Source: Octopus sinensis
Taxonomy: Eukaryota
Assembly (NCBI RefSeq): GCF_006345805.1
Contig: NC_043000.1
Span: 57,226,001 to 57,290,000 of the forward strand
Reading direction: 5' to 3'
DNA: 64,000 bases
The notes below the pieces were generated by a model that was not told the origin of the DNA, ran no database searches, and saw nothing but the letters and a program-made list of their open reading frames with translations. The position numbers and the translations under genes are program-made. This document shows, one piece after another, positions 12,055 to 25,500 of the stretch. How positions within the stretch are numbered: the stretch's first letter is position 1; each line of letters opens with the position of its first letter.

Positions 12055-13119
12055 GTAAAAAAGTCTTTAAGTGTTTCTCAAACAAACACACACACCCACC
12101 TATAAATATTTAGCCTTTCTTTTTAACTATAAGTCAATATAAGTATTGAGTTTGTTTACTTCAATTTGTTTCAAAAATCAAGATGTTTTATTCTTTAGCT
12201 CTTTCTGAAAAGTGTCTGGACAATAAGAAAGGTATCTAGCTGTTGAAAACATGCTGAATATGAAATGTTGGGTGTTGTGCTGAGAGGACCCTTAAGGTTT
12301 CTCTTTCCAGAGACAGGGTAATCTGTCCAGTGCTGATGTCATAATAGTACAGTACATAAAATGGTTCTATGACATCCAGCCATAAAAAACCATACTAAAA
12401 TAGACCATATGAATGTGATATATTCCCCATTGAGAGGATCATGTCTCCCTCTTTAGTAGGGTAGTACCTCCAAATAAGAACTGATCTGAACCATTATAAC
12501 CAGACATAAAAAAGGTGAGAGCTCATGAGTGCAATGCTACTGTTGCTGCTTGAACCAGTAGGATACCAGGACAACAAACCAATTTGTCAGCATTGGTAAC
12601 TAACATTGTGTTATATCTATGACTCAAATGACCTTGTTCTTCTAGATACCACTGGATAGCTACAATTCCCCATGGAAAGTTGCTCAGTACTATAAAAATT
12701 TATGAATGTTGCATTAATTTACAGTGCTGATTTCAACTTTTCCTATGGTTATGTTGCAACCAAAAATGGCTAACAAATACTTCCAATCATGAAAAGTCGA
12801 GTAATTGACTCTATCATTTAACAACATACAGATATTCATCTACACACATCTAATTGCATATTAGGTATAACTATTTTAGAAACACCTATGTACTGAAGAT
12901 TATGTGTGTATGTTTATGTCTGTTCAGTTTGAAAAGGAAAGCATTATTTATATCTGGAATTTTCTTGTGATTTCAAACATGAAAAGCACAATAATACTCA
13001 TATGTATGCATGCATGGTGGCTGCTCCCTCGTTATCGAGTATGGCCATTGCATGAAGCTTAATCAATGTTATTATCATGCAATGCCTGTGCAAGAAGATT
13101 TTTATTAAAGTGAGAAAGG

Positions 13120-13475
13120 CTGTGCACTGAGTCAATCCCAGTCACTAAGCAACAGCAGCCATAATCCGAAAAGAAGAACAAGTCAACATCATCGGTAACC
13201 ACTGAGCCGCAGGTTTTATGTCGGAGTTATCCCAGTTACCTGAGTTACCTTCTCCTAGAAGGATGCCCTAACAAAGGCTAGGAGTCCTTCACTCCCAATG
13301 GTTTAACCGCGCGATCGGGTATTCAGTCCGATTATTTCTATGTCCCCGCGCATGATACAGCCTTAAGATATTTATTGGATGGCCTTTGACTCTCAAGAGT
13401 TCCTCCTCCCTTTGACGGATTTTGTTTTTCATCCCGCAGAGTGTCCAATAAGCACCCTCCTCACTAACCATGCAA
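13120..13475 (-). mobile_element. Probable RTE-type LINE 5' region fragment
   Basis: CpG-rich; minus strand has GGGCATCCTTCTAGGAGAAGG...AAAACC, resembling RTE 5' UTRs; no ORF support. Confidence 0.35.
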
Positions 13476-13696
13476 CATACATACATACATACATTTATTT
13501 ATTCATTTATTTTAAAATCACACAATTGTAAGCTTCAGCCACTTGTATATTTGCCACAGTCCACTTGGTTGTAAACATGTACGGCTTCAGTTACTACTTT
13601 TCTTATTTAACTATTGCTTAACGATTTCTTCAGCATCATTTATAATTGCACTGTTTCGTTTATAATTAAGAAACCATAAGATATCATACTCAGTCT

Positions 13697-13840
13697 TGCT
13701 GAGGCCAACTTTACCTTTCACCCTTTTGGGGTTGACAAAATAAGTACTATTTACGTACTGGGGTCGATGTAATCGACTAGCCACTCACCCCCAAAATTCC
13801 AGACCTTGTGCCTATTGTAGAAAGGATCATTATTATTATT
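13697..13840 (+). mobile_element. 5'-truncated family A SINE just upstream of an APC acceptor
   Basis: Core and tail GTAGAAAGGATCATTATT match 1153-1366. Confidence 0.7.
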
Positions 13841-13877
13841 TCTACTAACTTTAATATTTATTTCAATTTTATTTCAG

Positions 13878-14135
13878 GTTGTCTCCCCTTACTGATCCAG
13901 CTGCTGCACGGTAGTGACAAGGACTCCAGCTTATTGGGCAATACACGTGGGAGTAAGGCGGCACGGGCTCGGGCCTCTGCTGCTTTGCACAATATTGTTC
14001 ACTCCCACCCGGATGACAAAAGAGGTCGGCGAGAAGCTCGAGTGTTGCGACTCCTTGAACAAATCCGAGCACATTGTGATCAGCTCAGAGATTCTTCATC
14101 TGATGATGATGAAGAAGATAAAAAAGTGAAATCAG
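13878..14135 (+). CDS. APC: APC exon GCLPLLIQLLHG...RASAALHNIVHSHPDDKRGRREARVLRLLEQIR...
   Basis: Strong match to the APC armadillo-associated region; TTTCAG acceptor, G|GTCAGT donor; lies inside ORF 13808..14179. Confidence 0.97.
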
Positions 14136-15925
14136 GTCAGTTGTCGGTGTTGTTGTCATTGTTGTTTAACCCTGGGTAAATCTTAGACTAATCCCCAGAT
14201 TATAGATCTCCCCACATTATACACACACACACACACATAGATAATGGAAGACTACTTGTGACCAAGTATGACCACCTCTTAGGCACAGTTCTTAAAGTAG
14301 AGCATGTTAGAGGATGCAATGGCATGAATTACTGGAGAATCACTGTTATTTCAGCCATGCTACACCTACAATCTACGTTCACGAGTGGGGAAACTACTAA
14401 AGTGGCTACATGTCATTGTGACACAATGACAGTGGCCTCTTTTGAGTGGTCCATTATTTTCCCTATTTAAAGGGAGAAATTTGACAAGACAGTCAGTCAC
14501 CAGCTGACACTCGCTGACGATACATCAAAGAGGCCAGGGAACAGAAGAAGAAGAAGGAAGAAGACATGCACCCAACACCAGAGCTGAAGACACCTCCGAA
14601 AGGGGGAGCCCCGCCACGTCAAAACGGTAGAGGAGTAGGGGCCAAAACCGGACGTGGTTCCTCCTGATGATGTCTTGAGCTAACTGAATCCTATAAAGGA
14701 GCTGTTGTGGTAGCAGACCATGAAACACGGTTGTAATTCCTCTGAAGTTTCTGTTATGAATTTGACTATAGTCAATGAAACATGCACAAAAGTTGCAACC
14801 ACTTTTCAGAGAAAACAGCTTTTCTTCCAGTGATTAAAGCCTGAAATTGAACAATCCCCAGGCTTTACATCAAAGTGTCCTTCTTCCAGACAGATGTTCT
14901 GACCAGAAGAAAGGATCACTACTCTTAAAAGGAGTCTTACAGCACACGTGTTTGCCATCTTGAGTATTTTTATGTCCCTGTACTCTGTTGGTATACAGTC
15001 TTTGGACCCTGTGCTGGGCTCATCCATACTTTTAACAGGTCTTCTTTTGAGTTCTTAACAACCTGACCAAGTAAAAGGTTATACTGAATTACATATTACT
15101 AGAGGCACTCACATTAACCTGACAAATATAATCACACATCTGTATCTTTAATATATAACTTTTGCCAGTATCAGTGGGGGGAAAAATGAAAGGAAATAGG
15201 AGAAATATCTATGATGATGCAGAATACCACACAACATACCAAATTATTTTGGGGAAATCAAGCAGACCTTTGATTCAATGCATTCTAGCCATGATCCTTT
15301 TTTTTTTTTTTAGGTTTTGTAAGGTTTCATTATCTAGTTATTTAAAATGAATAGTGGTTACTTTATAGGAGAGTTTAGCTACTGTTTCTGCCAAGTCAAG
15401 CAACTATGTAGTGGCTCCCTCATTTGGCTGGCTACTCGGCAATTGAGCTGACTGATTAGCTTTTTGTTTTTTAATGTACTCTTAACCTTAAGTATATTTT
15501 TTGAGATAAATATTAGAATGTTTCTGAAATTTACTTTATTCACCAATCATCATCATTTAGTGTCTGGTTTTCCATATTGGCATAATCTGGATGATATTGA
15601 GAAAGTCAATTAGTATAGTGAGACTTGCAATAGGAATAAAGAACCTAACTACATTGGTTTGCAGTATTTAGTTCTCAACATTGATGGTTAAGTTGCTTGC
15701 TGGAATGGGAGTAGGTATTAAATTTGCCTTCTGTGACTCAGAGGTCAATAAAATAAATACGAGTGGTTTGTCATTGTCTAGTCCCCACCTCTCGCTGACA
15801 CATACACATAAGGTCGGAACTATATATCTTTTGACAGGATCTCACCTATATGATATAGTGAATTGAAAAACTTCGTTGAGTAAAATATTCCCTCGAGGAG
15901 TGTTTAAATGATAAAGAGAATACCC

Positions 15926-16032
15926 AAGGGAGATAACTCTAATACCACCCAATCAAATTTTTGGAAATTATAGATGATCTTAATATCGCATTCTATCTTC
16001 CAAAATTTCCAATTGGCTGAGTTATCTGCCTT
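15926..16032. repeat. Palindromic MITE-like element
   Basis: AAGGGAGATAACTC / GAGTTATCTGCCTT ends (13 of 14 match), with inner inverted CCAAT/ATTGG and AAATTTTTGGAA/TTCCAAAATTT. Confidence 0.6.
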
Positions 16033-16619
16033 AGTTATTTTAAATTTTTTTAGCATCCCTAAGGAAGGTTTTAATTAATAATTGCATGGATAATCTCAAT
16101 TAATTGAACATTTTCGGCTCACTGTATTACACTTACAGTGTGCAAATAAATAGTTCAGTTTTCTGAAGCTACTGGATTTGTTGTGTATTTAAACAGATTA
16201 GCCGTTTGTTTCTTTGGGATTGATTGGTCAAGTGATGTAGACACCTTTAATGAGAACCTAATAAGGTTCAAAAATTAATTAAGGCTGTTCATCATTTTTT
16301 CAGTCTATAGAAAAATGATAAATTAGCCATGTTTGTATGTCTACTATGTAGGTTCACGTTCATCATCCTACGTATTCTTTTGCTGCTATTTTGAACAGGT
16401 CAGGTGACTACATAAAGGTTACCTCATTGACTCAAAACAAATATAACTACTGCAGTGCATTTTCTGCAAATGTTTTCTTCTATAGCTTTGGGTTGACTAA
16501 TACCTTGTGAGGGAAATTGGTACGTGTGTGTATGTATATGTCTCTTTTGGTCGGTTGAGTCAAAAATAGCACTTTTGACTTGGGTTTGAGATGTTCAAAA
16601 TGTTTAATTCTTACATGTA

Positions 16620-16708
16620 TTCACCTGATGAAAACGTTTTTTTTTTCCACGATATAATACTTCTATTCATCAATAATAATAAAAAACGTCTGAAACAGCT
16701 GTAGCAAA
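16620..16708 (+). ncRNA. Minimal type I hammerhead ribozyme-like motif (Penelope type) in APC intron
   Basis: CUGAUGA 16625-16631; stem II AAACGUUUUUU/AAAAAACGUCU (10 of 11 pairs); GAAA 16692-16695; palindromic ACAGCUGU; UA cleavage site; stem I UUCAC/GCAAA only 3 of 5 paired. Confidence 0.6.
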
Positions 16709-17099
16709 CCAGAATCCATCTGTTGTTATTTGTGTATAAATATAAACACACACACACACACACATACAATGTGCTCTTTGAGTTTCTATCTACCAAAACT
16801 GCTCACAAGGCTTTGGTCAGTCCAGGGCTATAGTTGAAAAAACTTGCCAAAGATGCTGCAGAATAGGAGTAAAACCTAATATCTGTGTTAATATCTGCCT
16901 TAATATTTGATAATGAATATTTATTGACAAATGACAAAGATTATTTATTGTATAAGTAATGAAAAAAAATGTTTTATAGTATTCCTAGTATCTTTGGTAT
17001 TGCTTGAAGTGGTAGTGCATCACTTCTTTGTTCCTGACTAAAAATAGATTATCTTTCATTCTGGGTACCCTTTATTGACATTTTAATTGGATAAACAAT

Positions 17100-18004
17100 A
17101 ATTTCATATTCATGCTGTAATGCTTTTCTATTTTAAAAAAGGTAGAAAATGCTGCAAAGACTTGCAAAAACATTTGTGAAGTTTATGGTGATGATGCTGT
17201 AGGTGAATCAACTGTTCAAAGGCGGTTTGCAAAATTTAAATCTGGAGAGTTTAGCTTGGAAAATGACAGTTGCAGTGGAAGACCTTCAAAATCAGATAAT
17301 GTTTTGAAGGCAAAAATCCAAGAAAACTCAAATATTATGACTAGAGAACTTGGGAGTTTCCCAAAAGTATGACTCATGAACACCTGGTGAAGCTAGGATA
17401 CATTTCTTGCTATAATGTATGGGTCCGTCACAAACTCACAGAAAAAAAATTATTTGGCCAGGTTCTTTTATTCTTTTGTGATATGCTTTTGGAACAGAAT
17501 GAAAGCATGCCTTTTTTTAAACAACTTGTGACTGGAGATGAAAAATGGATTGTGTACAAAAACATAATGCAAAAAAAAATCCTGGAGCTTGCGTAAGGAT
17601 CTCCCAAAACAGCAACCAAAGACAAATATCCATGCCAAAAAAACTATGCTTTGTGTTTGGTGGGATCATAAAGGCATTATTATTATGTGCACAAAACCAG
17701 CTGGCTAATTTGAACCAAAAAGTCAAAGAATTAAGGCCAGAGATTGCCAACAGGAAAGGAGTAGTGTTCCAACAAGACAATGCCTGACCATGTGTTTTTG
17801 GCTACCTGAACAAAGTTACATGAACTTGGCTGGGATCTCTTACCAAATTTTATGCTGATGGAATATTTAAATTGCCTGATAGATAGGCAAAGGTCATTAA
17901 TAATAATGGAAATTATTTCATTGAATAAAATTTATTGAAAGGTCAATTGTTTATAATCCCTATTTGCATATTAAAAATGCTCAGAACTTTTCAAACAACT
18001 TAAT
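17100..18004 (+). mobile_element. Mariner (DD34D) transposon remnant, frameshifted
   Basis: Fragments ICEVYGDDAV..TVQRRFAKFKSG..L.....SGRP, VTGDEKWIVY, QQDNA*P, GWDLLP; 3' TIR-like AAAAATGCTCAGAACTTTTCAAACAACTTAA. Confidence 0.9.
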
Positions 18005-18252
18005 ATCTCTTCAAAGAATGAATGCAAAAGTCAGTGATATCTAGGCTGATTTCAAACTCAGAATGTGGAGGGAAAAACTGAACACTGCCAAGTATTTAAT
18101 CCTATGCTTAACTGTCTCTTCCAACTCAACACTCTGTTGTAATATTTGATATTAAACCTTTCTTTTATTTCAGTTAGTTAATTATTGGGGAGGTGGGGAA
18201 GCAACTTAGAACAGTCTGGTAACAAATGCATTTGATGTTTATTTTTTTCCAG

Positions 18253-18354
18253 GTTCTCGGCCTTCTGATATAGACCACCACCCCGGTCCAGCCATCGCAG
18301 CACTGATGAAGCTTTCCTTTGATGAAGAACACCGCCACGCAATTTGTACTTTAG
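18253..18354 (+). CDS. APC: APC exon GSRPSDIDHHPGPAIAALMKLSFDEEHRHAICTL
   Basis: LMKLSFDEEHRHA armadillo signature; TTCCAG acceptor, G|GTAGGG donor; phase 1-1. Confidence 0.97.
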
Positions 18355-18520
18355 GTAGGGTTTCTTACATTTTTTTGTCTTATGTATTCACTCCTGAATT
18401 GATAATTTCTCTATAGTAATGTTTAAAAAGAATAACCAAAAGATATCAAGAAGAATAATAAAATGAGCAATAACTAAAAGTATGAAAGTATAACTCATCG
18501 CCATTATGAAACTTGAGAAA

Positions 18521-19406
18521 ATGTCTATTGATATTTCTAAATGTTCATATGTCTTTATTGCTCAAAAATTAATGCAGCAAAACTTCCATAGAAATTTACT
18601 TGATCAAATCGAAAAACTAAACACACATGATTCAAACAAGGATGTCTTTTGATAGGAAGTTGCTTAGTTTTGGTTTTTTATCCTCCAAACAACACTATTT
18701 AAATGGCAGTTTTATGCAGTTTAGGATTTGGCAACCAGTATGAATATCTGCAATATAGGATTTTAAGAGTTAATACTTTAATACTGACAACTTGTCCATG
18801 AATGAGCGTGAACGAATGAGTCCGTATGGTAATACTTGAATGAATGGTCATTGTGTTAACTGTCAAAGCATTTAATTTTCAGTGGCCACTGTAAAAAGTG
18901 TAGTTTGATGGCTTGCATTACTGAGTTCAGTTTCTCTCTCAAGAAAAGCTACCTGCAACAGACTTATATACAATCCAAGAGATTTATATCCGATCTGTTT
19001 AGCACTTTAGAAACTTGATTTAAACCACGATCTTGTAAAACCTTATGATGTAGCAGGGATTAACATTATTTAGCACATTTGTATAAGTAGTTGAAGAGGA
19101 GGTAGAGTGGTACTTATTTTTTTAGCAGCATTGACGACTGAATTAGCTATATCGTTATTAGGAGCACAATGCAAATTTCTAAGTTTTAAGTAATTGGGTT
19201 TCAGTCATCAGTTGAACTATCCATCATATTCATAGACAATATATTAAATTGACAAAATAAATGATGTCTATTGATATTTCTAAATGTTCATATCTGTCTT
19301 TATTGCTCAAAAATTAATGCAGCAAAACTTCCATAGAAATTTACTTGATCAAATCGAAAAACTAAACACACGTGATTCAAACAAGGATGTCTTTTGATGG
19401 GAAGTT
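18521..19406 (+). repeat. Direct repeat of about 141 bp, two copies (18521-18661, 19264-19406)
   Basis: Near-identical copies: two substitutions plus a 2-nt indel. Confidence 0.92.
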
Positions 19407-19550
19407 TTCCTAAAATACAACTAAACTTTGTCTCACAAAAACATGCTTAGTTTCATTGTTCTTTGTCATATTAATTAATTTTTCTGAAATTTCTAATAAT
19501 ACTGAAGATTGACTTTTTAATATTTAGTATTAATTTTCTTTGGATTTCAG

Positions 19551-22500
19551 GTGGTCTTCAGGCTATTGGAGAACTTCTGCAGGTGGATCATGAAATCCAT
19601 GGCAACACTACTGAGCAGTACAACATTACAATGCGGCGCTATGCTTGCATGGCTTTGACCAACTTGACATTCGGTGATGGAACAAATAAAGCTCTATTGT
19701 GTTCCATGAGAGGTGTTATGGATGCTCTAATTGCGCAATTGCATTCTAGCAATGAAGACTTGTGTCAAGTTGCTGCAAGTGTTCTCAGAAATTTATCATG
19801 GCGAGCTGATCTTGCCAGTAAGAAGACACTGCGGGAGGTTGGTGGTGTTACAACATTAATGAAGGCAGCAATGCGTGTGAAAAAAGAATCAACTCTCAAA
19901 AGTATACTGAGTGCACTTTGGAACCTCTCTGCTCATTGTAGTGAAAATAAAGCTGATCTCTGCGCTGTTGAGGGTGCAGTTGAGTTCTTAGTAAGCACAT
20001 TGACTTATAAAAGTTCCTCAAAAACTTTAGCAATCATTGAAAATGGTGGTGGTGTTCTCAGAAATGTGTCCAGCCACATTGCTGTAAGGGAGGATTACAG
20101 GAGACTCCTCCGGCAACACGGCTGTCTGCAGATTCTGTTGAAACACTTACGGTCTCCAAGTCTTACAATTGTCAGTAATGCCTGTGGTACACTATGGAAT
20201 TTATCAGCACGCTGTCCTGAAGATCAACGGGCCTTGTGGGATATGGGAGCAGTTAGCATGCTCAGAAACTTAGTGCATTCAAAGCACAGAATGATCTCAA
20301 TGGGCAGTGCTGCAGCCTTAAAAAACCTTCTTGGTGCCAAACCAGCATCTTTGAACTTTGATTCTGACAAACATGTCAAATCCAATATGCCAACATTGCA
20401 TGCAAGGAAACAAAGGGCAATTGAGGCTGAAATTGATCAAAATTTATCCGAGACTTGTGAGAACATGGAAAGTCCAAGGAATAGTCCTACAGAGAACCGG
20501 AAACAAGATACTGACTCTCCACATTATCTTTATTCATCTGGCTATCAGTTATCAGATTTAGACAGTCGAAGGGCTTTCATGAAAACACATATGTTTATGA
20601 GGACAGGGAGTGGGGATGGTGCAATGCTGTTTGATAGCCGGACACGGTCTCCACATAGAGTTACACGATCTGGCAGTCAAGACAGTGTAGGGAGTGTGCA
20701 CTCTGATATATCACATGATCGTGCTAGGGTTCATCACATGCTTGCTAAGAGCTCCAAGCTACTATATGAACGCCAAGGTTCAGTTCTTGAGAAAAGAAGA
20801 GATTCTAGTCTAACTCGATTAACTCAAGAAGGAAGTGCAGGTAGCCTGGAGAAATTGCGAAATGCACCTCAACACATGATGGAAAATGAAGATGGGGTTT
20901 GTGATGAAACTGTTAACTATAGTAACAAATATGTTGATCATGCTACTCAGAACTGTTTGGATCCTGCCAAGCAGAGCTGTTTGGATCCAAGTAAACAGAA
21001 TAACTGTCCCGTCAAATTGGCCAACTTTGCTGGTAATCCTTCATCTTATAGTGCACAACAACGGATGTATATGTATGTCGTTCCCAATCAGTATTCTCAT
21101 AAGACTTACACAGACAGACAGATTTACAATGATAGGATGACAAATCCTTCCAGTAATAAGAACAGTTCTGAACCGTTGATATCATCGTATGGAGTTTATG
21201 CTGAGACTGATCTAGACAACATTGACCAGCTTGACCAACCAACAGATTACGGGAAACGATATGCTGAATACACGGATGATCAATGCACAGACAGGCCAAT
21301 AAATTATGTATCACGGTACAATGATTCCGACCCCAACTGTGCAGATTGTCGCCTTGAAGAAGCTAGACGAACAAACGAGAGAGTTGAGCAACGAGTTCAC
21401 ACAGTTCACGATGACTCATTAAAAACTTTTTGCACGGAAGGTACTCCACTGAATTATCTGTCAACTGCTACGTCTTTGACAGATTTGACTGGGAAACACG
21501 AGAAAGGGGAGATGCGAGAAGAACTAAAGAAAGACATTCTGGAATCATGTGCTGAAGATGAAATTAAAAATTATACTCTTGACTACCAAAACATGGAGAA
21601 AACTGGGAACAATAACAATAACAACAACAACATCACCAACAATAACAAGAAAATAAAACGTGGTTCAAATACACATGTGAGTGGAATTCCAACATTTAGA
21701 TCATCTATACAATGTGTTAAAGAATATGTTTCCTCAAAAGCACCAACAGAAAATCCTATTGATGTAGACATACTGGAAGATCCCTGTGAAGGAGCAGCTG
21801 ACCAAATGAAAACCTATTGTGATGAGGGCACACCTATCAGCTATTCACAAGTGAGTCCAATTAGCAGCCTTCATAGCAGTGAAGCTGGAGATCATGAAAA
21901 CCTTCCCAGGACCAATGTACTCAAAAGTATTGATGAAAATGAATGTAGTGAGGAACTTCAGAAAACTACTATCTCTGAAAAGACTGGTTCTGACATTGTT
22001 AACATAGAACGAAAATTACTAAGTGTAGATGATGCAGAGAAACCATCAGAATCAATTGGAACATTGCCTGATGCAAGTTCTCCAAGTGATCGAGAACAGA
22101 AGACTGTTACTTTTGATGAAAATCACATGGTTGAAGAGACTCCACTGATGTTTTCCAGGTGTAGTTCTCTAGGTTCATTAAGTAGTTTTGAGGCTCACTC
22201 TGTACACAGTTCTGTTGTCAGTGAATATAGCCGGCGAGCCAGTGAAGTTGTCTCTCCAAGTGAGCTACCTGACTCTCCCAGTGAAACTTTCCCACCTAGT
22301 CCTACACGGAAAAGAGCTGCTGAAAAATGTTCTAGTGTCAATGACCAGGAACCTGAAGCTATGGAAGAGATGAAAGAGTTTACTGTTGAAGCCCCTGAAA
22401 GGGACCCAACAAATGCAACTGGGGCCAAACCTACTTCAGGAACATTGGCTGATGTACTGAAAGGTGAACTGATCTCTGACATTGGGAAACTGGATTCTCC

Positions 22501-25500
22501 CACTGTCTACAATACAGAAGGTACTCCACCAAACTTTTCTGAAACAACCAGTTTAAGTGCATTGACCTTTAGTGATGATGAACCTCAAATGATAGGCAAG
22601 AAAACACATATCAAGACAGCAATTAAGGATGGGAAATCTGAGAAAATTTCCGAGAAAGACGACAAAGAGAATTCTTCTATGTCAGAAGTGTCAGAAGGTG
22701 AAGAAGATATTCTGGCACAGTGTATTAGCTCAGCTATGCCAAGTAACTCAAGTAAAAAGATTCGAAGAAGCACCTCAGACAATGCACTAAAGAAAAAATC
22801 TGAATCATGGAAGACTGAAAGCGCAACTAATAACAAAAGCAAACTTCCAACAAAGTCTGTATCAAATAATGCACGTACAAACTATGGCTCTTTGAAACTA
22901 AAGAGCTGTCTTCGGTCTGTATCTGTCTGCAAACAAGAGGAAGATCTTCTCAATACTGATGCTGTCAAATCTTATGCCACTGAAGGAACCCCTCTGAACT
23001 TTTCTCGAACTACATCATTAAGTGACCTGAGTATACTTACACATGACAATGCTTCATTAAAACCTACAGGATGTAAGCATGAAGAAGCTGAAGAGTCTGA
23101 TAATAGTTCAGTTTGTGATGAGAATGATAAATTACTCTCAGAAGTTATTCAGTCAGCAAAACCAAAGGGAAAGGTCGGTCGTAAGCCAACAGTGATTGAT
23201 CGAACTGCGGAGGGTTCTGAGAGCAAAGAAAAATTCCCTTTCCAAATTTCACCATTAAAGGAAAAGAAATGCATCAGTATGAATCCAGATACAGTCAAGA
23301 CTTATGCTGTAGAAGGTACTCCGATTAACTTTTCTAATGCCACTTCTCTAAGTGACTTAACAATTGATTCTATAGATGGTCTTGACATGGGTTTTGTACA
23401 AAAGAATTCAAAATCAAAACCCGGAGACCCTAATTACACCATTCCAAATAAAGATGACTCTATATTTGCTTTGAACTCAGCTGCAGACTCCCCCAAACAT
23501 TACATGATGGAAGGAACACCAATAACATTCTCTCGGAACGACTCGCTTAGCTCACTCAGTTGTGATGATACAGAGGATGTGTCTCTAAGTCATCATCCTA
23601 GTGCAAAGCAAGGTAAGAACAAGTCCTCACCTTCTCTTGGACAACGTTGGAAAGCAGATACTGGTCGAAAAGATTATCAACAATCCCCAGATGGCACTGG
23701 TGTTCCTGGTACAGAACTGGGTCGCCATGTAGTGGGGCAGTCTAGTGAAGAAATTCGACCAGCTTTAATGGACCCTGAGGGTTATCTTAGTGATGAAATA
23801 CCAAAAGAATTTGCAATAGAAGACACACCAGATACTTATTCTCGCAATTCTTCAACAAACTCCTACAAAAACAAATGCCAAAGGGAAAGTCCTTTGGCTA
23901 AAGTTTCTTCCACTAAACAAACAGGACCAGAGCTAGGTCTACCTGACCAGAAAGCTTCATTTAAGGTGGAGGGTACCCCATTATGTTTCTCTAGAAATAG
24001 CTCTCTGAGTTCACTGAGTATTGAATCAGTAACAAATGATTTTTCACTCACTGAAGAAGCTCTTCTTGAAGAATGCATTAACTCTGCCATGCCAAGAGGT
24101 GATAAGAGCAAGTCAGATAAAATAGGATCAAAGAGCTCTAGACTACCTACTTTAAATTCTCCTGGAACAATTCCTCAGTCAGACCAAGTTGAAAAAGATA
24201 AGACATCTTTGTGTGTTTCAAGAAGTGAATCTTTGATGTCTCGTTCTTCAGAAGATTATAGCATGAAACATGTGAAGACATCAATGGTACCTAATATATC
24301 AAATGGTCAAGGAAGGCTTGATGTTAATAGTAGCAATGAAATCACAAATGCTAACAATGTTCAAAATGAGAGTTTACGGAAATCAACCAAATCCTGCAGT
24401 GACTTTTCCACAAATCCTGCTGTTGATGCCCGGCAAAGATTTGGCTGGTGTAGATCAAAATCCCAAGACAGCGATGGATTTCTCAAACGAAAGAAGGACT
24501 ACTCTAACCATGAGATTGCACAAGCTAACTCTCTCTCGAATCGGCCATTTCTTGGTTTGGGGGAGACAACTGAGCAAAATGATTCGGTTCCCAAAGATAA
24601 CCGTTTGTTGGAAGAGAAGCAAAGATCGATGCAAGAAATTGAAATGGTCAGCTCATTGCCACAATCAATAGGTGCAGATTCAAATGGAAGCATTGAAAAA
24701 GTAGACAGTGAAAAATCAGATGCTGCTGATGACAGCCACTGTGAGCTAAAACCAAGTAAAAGCCATAGTGATAGTATTATGATGTCATCTTCTCCTGATG
24801 ATATGAACTCTGATGAGACAAATGTTTCTGATGAGTTAGAACATGAAGACATTCTTGACATCAATTTGGCTGAAGAACAAGGCAATAATGTAACTGATGA
24901 AGACAAGGACAGAAACTCTTTTGAGCATGAAATCTCTCCTGAAGAGGAACGAGCTCTTGAAGAGAATGCTAGTCTTGTTGTTTGTGAACTCATTACTAAA
25001 AGAGAGCTATCCAGCAGCACATTTGATGAAGATTCTTTAATTGAAAATGAGAGCATATCACTAGTTTCAAATGACTACACATCTGATACGGCATCAGAGG
25101 TTTCAGTGACATGGTCTAAGAATTCTGAAGACTTGAGTGAGTATTCAACATCAACTTTATCTCATTCAGAAGCTAGCAGCAGACGAGCTCGTATTGTGAA
25201 GCCCTCTGGTCATTCTCAGCCAATATCAGACAAATCTGATCAAGAAAGTAATAAATCAGTGAGAGGTCGACGAAAACCATTATATAGTCGTAAAAATCCA
25301 GTGACAACAACACCAGTAAAAACACTTAATTCAAAACCTGATAACTCTCGTGTTATTCGTCCAGCTTCTACTCGCCAACCAGGAGGTCCAGTAAAATCTA
25401 ATCCAAATAGTCCTAAGAAAACTGTAACCAAAAACACCAACGCCACGTCATCTGAGGTTCCTGTAAACAAGGTAAACCCTCGAACCACAAATGTCCGGCG

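Noticed and set aside
13300-13475. HDV-like ribozyme in the RTE-like 5' fragment (stem GCGGGAT/ATCCGT followed by CAAA GGGAGG)
   Set aside because: A P4/J4-2-like part is visible, but no matching P2 5' strand, P3 or P1.1 could be assembled.
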